Assembly: GCF_004010195.1 (NCBI RefSeq)
Contig: NC_057720.1
Span: 19,893,269 to 19,957,268 of the forward strand
Direction of reading: 5' to 3'
Length of the DNA stretch: 64,000 nucleotides
Source: Chiloscyllium plagiosum
Taxonomy: Eukaryota
Within the stretch, counting starts at the first letter, position 1. Every line of letters begins with the position of its first letter. Below, one piece after another: positions 43,201-55,200 of this stretch. The notes under the pieces were generated by a model. The model saw only the letters and a list, made by a program, of their open reading frames with translations. It ran no database searches and was not told the origin of the DNA. The translations under genes were made by a program, and so were the position numbers.

Positions 43201-46200
43201 CACTCTCTCAGACACTCACAACCCCCCACTCATGATTGTGTAGAGTAATCATGAATTGGAAGACAGAAAGCTAGAATTGTTTGCAAACATGATAGGAGGA
43301 AAGAGTGCATGGTTGCCTTAAGAGATAAAGTCCTTTACTAAGCTTGGACATTTATGCAGAAAAATGTGTCTGTAAGCAGCTGCAGATTACAGACAGTTCT
43401 GAAATTGAAACATGTATCAATTGGCTTGTTTTGATGTTTTGGCAACTGGCTTGAATCAGCCAATTAAAAATGAAAAGCCAACTGAACTTAAATCTGACGG
43501 TTTTGACAATGTCATACCAATGTTATTGGAAGGAAATTGATATGTCATCCATGGTATATAAGCAGAGGGTTTTTCAAAATCGGTGCGAGAGCCAACTGCC
43601 ATCTGAAGAGAGTACAAACCCGTCCTCTGAGAAATAAATAAATACTTAGCTCTCACACAAAATAACTAAGCTCTCGAAAAAAAATCAGCAGAATAGATAT
43701 CACAACACTTCTAGTTAAGAGTCTTCACAGAAGAAATTACAGCAGGATCAGCAGAAGAAAGACATTTGTGACTTGAGATCAGCAGAAGAAAGGCTGGAGA
43801 GACAGCAGAGAAGACAGAGAATTCCGGAAGACACATTCTGCGTCAACTTTCAGAGACTAAGTTTTAATTTATTGTTTTCTTATCACTTGGATTTATATAA
43901 GTGGGATCTTTGTTTATTGGAACACACACCAATATAATTTAGTTCAGTTACAAAATAATTAGTAGTTAGGGGGGGAATTGTTTGGTTTGTTAGTAATTCT
44001 GTTAAATTGTTCACTGTTAAATAAATAAATTGTTACTTGTTACTTATAAAGTGAGTATCAGAGATTCCATTCATTTAACCACGTTTAACAGATTGTGAGG
44101 AGCAAGGTGAGCTTCTCTGGGTGCTTTGGGTTTAATTATTAGAAGGGAACCTCTGTTCCCGCCATAACAGATTGGGGTTGGGGTTTCAGTTTAGTTAGCA
44201 GAGGGGTTCGACCATTTCTCCTCTGTAACAAGAGGAATGAGATGGACAGGTAGGAATAAATAGGAAGGAAAGTGGATTTATATTCAATCACCATCTTCAA
44301 CAAAAAGGAACCTCCTAAGGTCCTTCACAGAAGTGATATATAACACCTCAAAAGGAGATTACAGAGGAGGTATACTCAAATCGTACGGGAAAGGAATACT
44401 GCATGGAGAGAGAGAGCAAAACTGAAGATGTGCACCTCGGAGCAGAAACGTTGAAGGAAGATTTGACAAATTTTCACAATCAACAATATTGATCAAGCAC
44501 AGCTGTTTCCAGTGGCAAAACAGCTGGTAAACAAGAGATAACAGCTAGTATTTAACAAATCACATTTAAAACATTCATGTGAAGTGCCTTGTTAAAATAA
44601 ATAGTGACCTTCATAAAAGATTTTAGGATAGATGATGAAACATTTGGCCAAAGAAGTCATTTTAAAGATAGTTTTCCAGAGGAAAGTGAGGTAGAGACCT
44701 AAGAGGTTCAAGGAAGGAATTCTTAACTGCGAGTCATTCAATTTAGGTCAGTCTACATATGATGGCTGAGCGAAAAATGGTGCAAATTAGAATAGAGACA
44801 GAACTTTAGATAGTGTCAGGTTTGGGGAGGGTAGAATACAGGCTGCTGGCACATATATATGTACGGTAAAGTCTAGGTAATAAAGGAATTGAGGAGTGAT
44901 TCAGCATCAGATGAGTGAGGAAGGGTTGGAGACCAGTGACATTACAGAGATGTCTGCTCTGATGGCAGCTGACATTGGTGCATGCGCAGAACGGCGCAGA
45001 GACTTTGGCGCTGACATTAGCACATGCACAGAACGAAGCAACTAAAATGATCACTACTGGAATCGCACTATTGCGAACACTGGCAAGCCTTCTTGAAAAG
45101 ACTGTTCCCCAATTACATTAATGATGGCACGATATGTTACTGGAATCAAATATGACATCAAAGGTTGCAAACAGTTAGGTTTCTCCTCAATTTTCAGGGA
45201 GAGGGAGGTGTTGATATCTAAAAAGCAGAGTTTGTGGTGGAGGCCAAAGACAATTAGAAAGTTTGAGGCTATGATTAGTTGGAAGAAATATCTGCGGTAG
45301 TACTAAATTGTTTCACAATTCTTCAGTGACATTATAGCCACATTGCACTGTTGAAACGTGCTTTATGAGAACTATCTACACTGATCTTTTACTTTTGAAT
45401 GTTGTGATTGAGGGTCAGCATGGAAATGAGAAAAAGGGCTCAGAGATAGATTTCACAAGAGCAGGAGCAGAATCCATTGAAGGTGATTCATTGGCAATGG
45501 AACTAAGTCAGCACAGCGTTGTCTGTCTGGACTAGTCAAGCAACAGCCTGACACTGTCTGTTAAATATGATTCTATGAGTCTGACTATGTCCTAGATAAT
45601 ATCATCACAATTCTTATGCCACTGGTAGGAAAGATGCAGCAGAGGTGATGACATGGTGGTATACAGTGGGAGGGTGTTGCCTTGGAAGCCTTCAACATTG
45701 ACTGTGCAGCCAATGAAATCTTATGGCATCAGGTCAAAGATGGGTAAGGAAACCTCCTTCTTATCACATAGAAGCTACTCATCCCATCAAACAAATGAAA
45801 TCAAATACCACTCGGAGAAAGCACTGATAGTGGCAAGGGCACCTAGCATACTCTGAGTGGGCAACAACAGCATTACTATTAACCAAGCTGGTCGGGTTCT
45901 AAAAAGGACATTGTTGCTAGTCTGAGACTACATTAGATGGTTTAAAGAACCAAGTAAAAGGAAAAATACAGTTCATCTCAGCCTCACTAAATTTCCTGCA
46001 ACACATGGGCCTGGTCCATGCAAATTTAGACATCATATACTCGGTCCCCTCATCCAAGAAAATGACAGATTTTACAGTTGAAGCCACAACACAGTGAACA
46101 ACTTACCCAGATTTAGCCGTTTTTCCAACCAGGCTAAAATATCTTTGGTATATTTTGACCAAGTTTTGACATACATCAGAGCTGACTCTATCCCACTGTC

Positions 46201-49200
46201 ATTTTTAAGTAACATGTTGTCAACCTCCTCTGCTCGAAGAGCTCCTGAAAACCGGAAATGAAACATTAAAGAATGAGAGATGAACCAAATTTTCCAAGAT
46301 ATTGACGACAATACATGAAGTAATTTCTCCTGATCTCCCCTATTTCTACTGGTTTTGGAGTTGTGTAGGTACTGAATAGTGATAAAATTAGGGCTGGACT
46401 TTTTTCAGGACTGAAATGAGCAAACTTTTAAACACCAAAAGATAATAGGAGTTTGGAACTCACTTAGAGTCATAGAGGTGTACAGCACAGTGTCACAAAG
46501 CTAGTCCCTTTTTTTCTAAAAGCTATTCCTTGGCTCAAGGAGACTCTGTCCTTGATTTCTTCCAGAGGGGCAATAAACCAGGCTGGGTGCTGATCAGTCT
46601 GGTTTGGAACAAAGATGAAATGGATTTTGAGAGGCCTTTTGTCTATATGTAAACAGATGAGACTTCAGGCCAAAGTGGTCATGTTTTAGAAGTGACCTGT
46701 ATAAAGAGAGGGGAGTGGTCAGCTCTCCAGCTGAGCTGAGCTGAGCAGTTTTAGTTTGGTCTTGAACTAGGAAGTTCGACAGGGAGCTGTGTGGAAACTC
46801 TCTCTCTTTTCTGCTCTTCAACTTCAACCTGTAAGCATGTGTTCCATTGATGCTGATTTTTAAAGGGAGTTTGCTTATTGGGACTATTGTGTATATTTGG
46901 AATAGTATAATCAAGTCTAATTAGAAGGTTGAGTTCTGTAAAGGTTCTTTAATCTGTTCTCCGAGTTTCATTGTGTAACTTTGTGAATACATTTCAGTCT
47001 GTTTTAAAATCTAGTGGTCAACCTAACTATCTTACTTCGGGTAATTTTCACTGTCCACTTATCGAAACAAATTGCAAAGTTATGGTCTGGGGCTGCCTGC
47101 TTAAGAATGTTTTGAGTGGTCTGTTCTAGTCCATAACAACAGAAACAGATCCTTCGGTCCAACTTGTCCATGCTGACCAGATATCCCAACCCAATCTAGT
47201 CCCACCTGCCAGCACTTGGCCCATATCCCTCCAAACCCTTCCTATTCATATACCCATCCAGATGCCTTTTAAATGCTGCAATGTACTAGCCTCCACCACT
47301 TCCTCTGGCAGCCCATTCCACACATGCACCACCCTCTGCATGAAAAAGTTGCCCCTAAGGTTCCCTTTTATATCTTTCCCCTCTCACACTAAACTTATGC
47401 CCTCTAGTTCTGGACTCCTCCACCCCAGGGAAAAGACCTTGTCTATTTACCCTATCCATGCCCCTCACGACTTTATAAACTTCTATAAGTTCACCGCTCA
47501 GCCTCCGACGCTCCAAGGAAAACAGCCCTAGCCTATTCAACCTCTCCCTAGCTCAAATCCTCCAACCCTGGCAAGTTTAAGTTTAAATCAGATCAGTTTT
47601 CCAAATAGAGGAACTAAGGATATAGATCAAAGGTGGGAATTCTGAGTTATACTGTAGATCAATTCTGTTCTTGTTTAGTGGCAGAATGGGTTTGAGGGGC
47701 AAAACAGCCTACTTCTGTTCCTATGCATCAGCAACAAGCTACAGATTATGGACTAAATAAATAGTCACTATGACCACAAAATATACTTTAGTGTTAGTTG
47801 AAAATAATGTCATGCCACTTCAAAGACAATGGAGTAAATTACTTGCAAAATAAATCAGTGGTGGTGTAAATATTTTAGTCATGTCTGATCTGCATGTAAA
47901 TATCATATAACTATAGAAAGTAAAATTCCTAGATGGTAGTCATTTCCCTTACATAAAGTCTGCACACAACATAGACTAATTGCGCAACATATAAAAATAA
48001 AGCTACACTTCTTTAAAGTATCTATTGCATCAATTGCAAAATTGGTTCCAAACATTATATACTCCATTGCTTTTTCTACCAAAGGTGCATTATTTGTTAC
48101 TTTAGTCAAGTCAAATTTGTTTATGGTTAAGTAATCAATTAGGGTATTACAGAATTGAATAATGGCTGGCACCTAATGGCAGGAGGAGGAAAACATTTGG
48201 ATATATGATCAGCATACTGGGTGACTAAACACCACTTAACTAATAATGTAGATTAGTCATTGAGATTTTTAAGAAAGGACTGGAATTGATATACCTTTCA
48301 TAATTTAAGAAATTTCCTCACAGCCAGTGATGTACCTTTATGAAGTGTAATTGCTTTTAGTATGGGAAATATGTCCTATTTGTACACAAAGTTACACAAA
48401 TAAATTACCAATTATTCTGTTCCAATGATGTTGCTAGATATAATTGAAATGCTATAATACTGATTTGAAACATTAAGCTCCATATCCCCTCCACCTCCCC
48501 CAAGAATAGATGCACATGATTCCTTGGTGCTTGCTTAAAAAATCCCTCCGTACCTCAACCTTATGACTCAGGTGAGTGCAACCACAGAAGCAATGCTGAA
48601 TTCTAAATTTCAAACGTTACACATGTTGATTTATTTCATAACAAATAATTTGTAACCTGCAGTGCATAATTTCTATTTCAGTATTTTTGCACATCTACAT
48701 GGAACTACCCACTTAGAGTCAAACAGCATGGAAACAGAGTCTTCGGTCCATCTATTTCCTGCCAAATGTTCCCAAAAACTAGTCCTGATTGCCTGCATTT
48801 GGCCTATATCCCTCCAAACTTTTTCTATTCACGTACTTATCCAAATGGTTTTTAAATGCTGTAACTGTTCCTGCATCCACCGCTTCCTCGGAGTTCATTG
48901 CATGCACAAACCACTCTGTGTAAAAACACTGCTCCTCATGCCCTTATTAAATCTTTCTCCTCTCACCTTAAAAACATGCTCCCTAATTTTGAACTCCTCA
49001 CCAGAGGGAAAAGCCCTTGGCTAATCACCGTATCTTTGCCCCTCATGGTCTTATAAACTTCTATAAGGTCACCCCTCAACTTCCTATGCTCCAGTGAAAA
49101 AAGTCCTGGCCTATCTAGCCTCTCCCTATAATTCAAACCCTCCATTCCAGGCAACATTCTTTAAATCTTTCTGAACCCTCTTGAATTTAATATCCTTCCT

Positions 49201-52200
49201 ATAGAAGGACAACCAGCACTGCACATAAGACCATAAGACATAGGATTGGAAGTAAGGCCATTCGGCCAAACGAGTCCACTCCGCCATTCAATCATGGCTG
49301 ATGGGCATTTCAACTCCACTTACCCGCATTCTCCCCGTAGCCCTTAATTCCTTGTGACATCAAGAATTTATCAATCTCTGCCTTGAAGGCATTTAGCGTC
49401 CTGGCCTCCACTGCACTCTGCAGCAATGAATTCTACAGGCCCACCACTCTCTGGCTGAAGAAATGTCTCAGCATTTCTGTTCTGAATTTACCCCCTCTAC
49501 TTCTAAAGGTTGTGTCCATGGGTCCTAGTCTCCTCGCCTAACGGAAACAATTTCCTAGCGTCCACCCTTTCCAAGCCATGTATTATCTTGTAAGTTTCTA
49601 TTAGATCTCCCCTTAATCTTCTAAACTCCAATGAATATAATCCCAGGATCCTCAGCCATTCCTCACATGTTAGGCCTACCATTCCAGGGATCATCCGTAT
49701 GAATCTCCGCTGGACACGCTCCAGTGCCAGTAAGTCCTTCCTGAGGTGTGGGGATCGAAACTGGACACAGTACTCCAAATGGGGCCTAACTAGAGTTTTA
49801 TAAAGTCTCAGTAGCACAAAGGTGCTTTTATATTCCAAACCTCTTGAGATAAATGACAACATTGCATTCGCTTTCTTAATCACGGATTCAACCTGCATGT
49901 TTACCTTTAGAGAATCCTCGACTAGCACTCCCAGATCCCTTTGTACTTTGGCTTTACGAATTTTCTCACTGTTTACAAAGTAGTCCATGCTTGTATTCTT
50001 TTTTCCAAAGTGCAAGACCTCGCATTTGCTCACATTGAATTCCATTAGCCATTTCCTGGACCACTCTCCCAAACTGTCTAGATCCTTCTGCAGCCTCCCC
50101 ACTTCCTCAGTACTACCTGCCTGTCACCTAACTTTGTATCATCGGCAAACTTCGCTAGAATGCCCCCAGTCCCTTCATCCAGATCATTAATATATAACGT
50201 GAACAGCTGTGGCCCCAATACTGAACCCTGCGGGACACTGCTTGTCACCGGCTGCCATTCCCAAAAAGAACCTTTTATCCCAACTCTCTGCCTTCCGTCA
50301 GACAGCCAATCCTCAATCCATACCAGTAGCTCACCTCGAACACCATGGGCCCTCACCTTGCTCAGCAGCCTCCCGTGTGGCACCTTATCAAAGGCCTTTT
50401 GGAAGTCTAGATAGACCACATCCACTTGGTTTCCCTGGTCTAACCTACTTGTCACCTCTTCAAAGAATTCCAACAGGTTTGTCAGGCACGATCTCCCCTT
50501 ACTAAATCCATGTTGACTTGTTCTAATCCGACCGTGCTCTTCCAAGAATTTAGAAACCTCATCCTTAATGATGGATTCTGGAATTTTACCAACAACCGTG
50601 GTTAGGCTAATTGGCCTATAATTTTCCATCTTTTGTCTTGATCCTTTCTTGAACAAAGGGGTTACAACAGCGATCTTCCAATCATCCGGGACTTTCCCTG
50701 ACTCCAGTGACTCCGCTATTTCCTCAGCCACCTCCATCAGAACTCGAGGATGTATCCCATCGGGGCCAGGAGATTTGTCAATTTTAAGACCATTTAGCTT
50801 TTCTAGCACTTTCTCTTTTGTAATGGCAACCATACTCAACTCAGCCCCCTGACTCCCTTTAATTATTGGGATATTACTCATGTCTTGGCTGAAAATGTGT
50901 TGCTGGAAAAGCGCAGCAGGTCAGGCAGCATCCAAGGAGCAGGAGAATCGATGTTTCAGGCATGAGCCCTTCTTCGGGAATCCTCACTTTCTCCCCTCTC
51001 CTGCTCCTTGGATGCTGCCTGACCTGCTGCGCTTTTCCAGCAACACATTTTCAGCGCTGATCTCCAGCATCTGCAGTCCTCACTTTCTCCTATTACTCAT
51101 GTCTTCCACTGTGAAGACTGACGCAAAGTACTTGTTAAGTTCTCCTGCTATTTCCTTATCTCCCATCACATAGAAGAGGCTTCATCAACTTCGTGGACAA
51201 CTTCAACATATGTCTTAACTCCTACACTCAAAAGGTCTGTGCAATGAAGGTAAATATGCTAAGCACCTTAACCATCCAGTTTACGTGTGATGCAAACTTC
51301 AAAAAAATTATGGACCAGAACTACTAGGTCTCTCTGTTCTACAATGCTACCCATGGCCCTACCATTAACTGTACAAGAGCTGCCTTGTTTGTTTTACCAA
51401 AATGCAATACCGCACATTTATCCAAACTAAACTCCATCTGCCACTCCTCAGCCCCTTGACCCAATTGATCATGATCAATTTGCAATCTTAGGTAACTTTC
51501 TTCATTGTCCAGCAAACCACTAAATTTGGTGTCACCTGCAAACTTACTAATCATGCCTCGTATATTCTCATCCAAATCATTTATATAAATGACAAACAAA
51601 AGTGGACCCAGTACTGATCCCTGTGGAGCACTGCTGGTTACAGGCATCCAGTCTGAAAAACAATCCTCTACCAGCACTCTGCTTCCTACTGTCAAACCCA
51701 TTTTGTATCCAATTGGCAAACTCACCCTGAATCTCCTGTGATTAACTTTACTAATTAGTCGACCACACGGAACCTTGTCAAAGGCTTTACTAAAATCCAT
51801 GTAAACAACATCTATTGCTCTGCCCTCATCAATCTTTTGGCTACTTCCTCAAAAAACACAATCAAGTTTTTGTGACACGATTACCCTCACACAAACCACG
51901 CCAACTATCCCTAACCAGTTTTTGCCTCTCCAAATGTGTATAAATCCTACCTTTCAGAATCGCCTCCAACAACTTACCCACAACTCATGTCATTCTCACA
52001 TCTCTAAGTTTCCATGCTTCTCCTTACAGCCTTTACTTGATATATAAACTGAACATTATTTCCAAATGATTATGCAAAAGGTATGAAATGATGTATCAAA
52101 GTAACACATCACTGGGAAAATAATTTAACATGTCGGTGAAATAATTTAGCAGCCTCAAAGCAACTGACCAGAATTGAAAAATATTCTATTGTTTTTATAC

Positions 52201-55200
52201 TTTAAGTTGAAATCACTAATGGGCCCACAATTCCCTACTGCCAGTGTGAGGAAAACTCAAAAGTGGTATTAAGGCACATGAATAACTTCTCTGATATTTG
52301 TTTTTGAATTACTGTGGTACATTGATGCAATTTGTTTTCAAAAGACAATAATATATACCATGTTTTTAAATGATCGATCAGAAATATGGACTCTGAGCAA
52401 ATTGATATGGGTGGACAGTAAACAAATTCATCCTTGGACCAGATAACAAACTGTCCACATCTAGAATGGTTTAAAAAAATGTTATTTAGACCAACTGTAA
52501 ATAAAACACCCAGCAAGATGAGCATATTTGATATACTTCTAACTAAACCACCAAAATCAGAAGGCAATGGACTCACCCAATTGGTTTGGTTCACATATTC
52601 AGGATTAGTTTACTTAAGAGTCATCTGGGCTGCAGATGAACTTGGAGTGGGAGGGTAAAGATCCAGTGGTTGTTATGCACATAGGTACCAACAACAGATA
52701 AAACTAGGGCAGAGGCTCTGCTAATAGAGTATGAACAACTAGGAACTAAATTATAAAGCAGAACCAAAAAGATAGTAGTCTCTGGATTACTAGCTGAGTC
52801 ACAAGCTAACTGGAACAGGGTCAATAAGATTAAGCAGGTAAATGTGTGGCTCAAAGATTGGTGTGGGAGAAACGGGTTCGAATCTACGGGACACTGGCAA
52901 CAGCACTGGGGAAGAAGGCATCTGTTCCGTGCTGGGACCAGGGTCCCAGCAACTTACATAACTAGGGCTGTAGACAGGGCTTTAAACAAAATTGGGGGTG
53001 GTTTCAGTTATAAGGGGAAATTAGAAAATCCAAATTAAAAGAGGAGGTAAGATTGCAGAACTCAGGAGAGGTTATAAAATCTCCAGCACAAACACAGATA
53101 GGACAGAATATCTGGAAAGGGTTAGCAATCAAATTTCAAGTACACTGGACAAACGAATGACAATGAGAAGAGTGTTGGTTAATACAGGACTGAAGATATT
53201 ATACTTGAACGTAGACAGTATAAGGGATAAGGTAAATGAGCTTGTGGAGCAGATCAAAATTGGCAGGTCTGATGTGGTGGGCATCATGGACATGTGGCTG
53301 CAATGGGATTGGGATTCAGAGTTTAATATTCAACGATATACATCCTATTGAAACGATAGGCAGGTGGACGGAGGGAATGGGGCTGGCCTATTAGTAAGAA
53401 ATGAAATGAAATCAATAGTAAGAAATGAAGTAGGGTCAGATGATGTAGAATCTGTGTGGGTAGAATTGAGGGACTGCAAAGGTTAAAATAAAGCACAGTT
53501 GGAGTCATGTAGAGGCTTACAAACTGTAGTCAGGAGCTGGGTCGCAAGATACACCAGGAGATTAAAAAAAATGTATTGGAAAGGCAAAGTTAGAGTGATC
53601 ATGGGGGATTTCAATTTGCGGGTGGACTGGGAAAATCAGGTTGCTAGTGGTTCACAAGAAAAGGAATTTGTGGAATGTCTATGAGGTGTCTTTTTGGAGC
53701 AGCTTTTGATGGAGCCCACAAGGAAACAGGCAATACTGGATTTAGTGTTGCACAACGAGGCAGACGATAAGGTGAAGGTGATGGAACTCTTAGGAAGCAG
53801 TGATCATAACATGATTGAATTTACTTTGCAATTTGAGAGAGAAGACAGAATCAGAATTAATGGTATTTCAGCTAAATAAAGGCAACTATTAAGGCATGAG
53901 AGAGATGCTGGGTAGAACTGACTGGGCGAGGGGTCCAGCAGGAAAGACAGTGGAACAGCAACTGCAGGAGTTTCTGAGAATAATTCAGGAGACACAGCAG
54001 AGATTCATCCTGAGGAAAAACAAGCATAGAACAGGAGGATAAGACAACTATGGCTAACAAGGGAAGTCAGGGATAGCATAAAAGCAAAAGAGAAAGCATT
54101 TAACAGAGTGAAGAACTGTGGGAAACCAGAGGACTGAGAAGCTTACAAAGACCAACAGAGGGCAACAAAAAAATAAGAGGGAGAAGATTAAATAGGAGTG
54201 TAAGCCAGCCAGTAATATAAAAGGAAGACTGTAAGAGTTTTTTTAGATATATAAAGGGCAAAAGAGAAGCAAAAGTGGACATTGGGTTGCTGGAAAATGA
54301 CGCTGGAGAGATAATAGTGGGGAACAAAGCAATGGCTGAGGAACTGAATAATTACTTCATGTCAGTCTTCACAGTGGAAGACATGAGTAATTTCCCAAAA
54401 ATTCAAGAGTGATGGGGCAGAGCTGAATATGGTGGCCATCACCAAGGAGAAAGTACTAGAAAAACCGAATGGCCTGAAGTTGGATAAATCACCTGGACCA
54501 GATGAACTATACCCCAGAGTTCTAAGGGAGTTAGGTGAAGAGGTAGTGGAGGCGTTAGTGGTAATCTTTCAGGAATATCTCGAAACAGGAAGGGTCTCAG
54601 ATGACTGGAAAATCGCTAATATAACATCCCTGTTTAAAAAGGCAGTAAGGCAGAAGACGGAAAATTACAGATCAATTAGCCTAACCTCAGTTGTGGGAAA
54701 GATTCTGGAATCCATTGTGAAGGATGAGATTTCTGAATACTTGGAAGTGTATGGTAAAATAGGGCAGAGTCAGCATGGTTTCATCAAGGGTAGGTCATGC
54801 CTGACAAATCTGCTTGAATTCTTTGAGGAAGTAACAAGCAGATTAGATCAAAGAAAGCCAATGGATGTTATCTACTTGGACTTCAAGCAGGTCTTTGATG
54901 AGGTACCACTCGGGAGGCTACTGAGTAAGATAAGAGCCCATGGTGTAGAGGCAAGATGCTAGCATGGATAGAAGCTTGGCTGTCTGGCAGAAAGCAGAGA
55001 GTGGGGATAAAATGGTCCTTCTCAGGATGGCAGCCGGTGACAAGTGGTGTTCCACAAGGCTCCGTGTTGGGACCACAGCTTTTCACTTTATACATTAACG
55101 ATCTAGATGAAGGAACTGAGGGGATTCTGGCCATGTGTGCAGATGATACAAAGATAGGTAGAGGGACAGGTAGTATTGATGAAGCAGGAAGGCTGCAAAA

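Larger units (their letters stand above)
48712..52040 (-). mobile_element. Older CR1 split by a younger CR1
   Basis: 3' part 48712-49224, RT part 51170-52040 (ORF 51339..51800). Confidence 0.8.

Noticed and set aside
42945..43248. Cys/Val-rich and His/Thr-rich ORFs
   Set aside because: Translations of a degenerate (GT)n tract
44968..45036. Short diverged direct repeat with an NRF1-like tgcatgcgca motif
   Set aside because: No CpG island or other promoter support; probably a repeat fragment
49503..50881. Long RT ORFs as a host gene or a retron-like system
   Set aside because: Ordinary CR1 ORF2, 5'-truncated, frameshifted and interrupted
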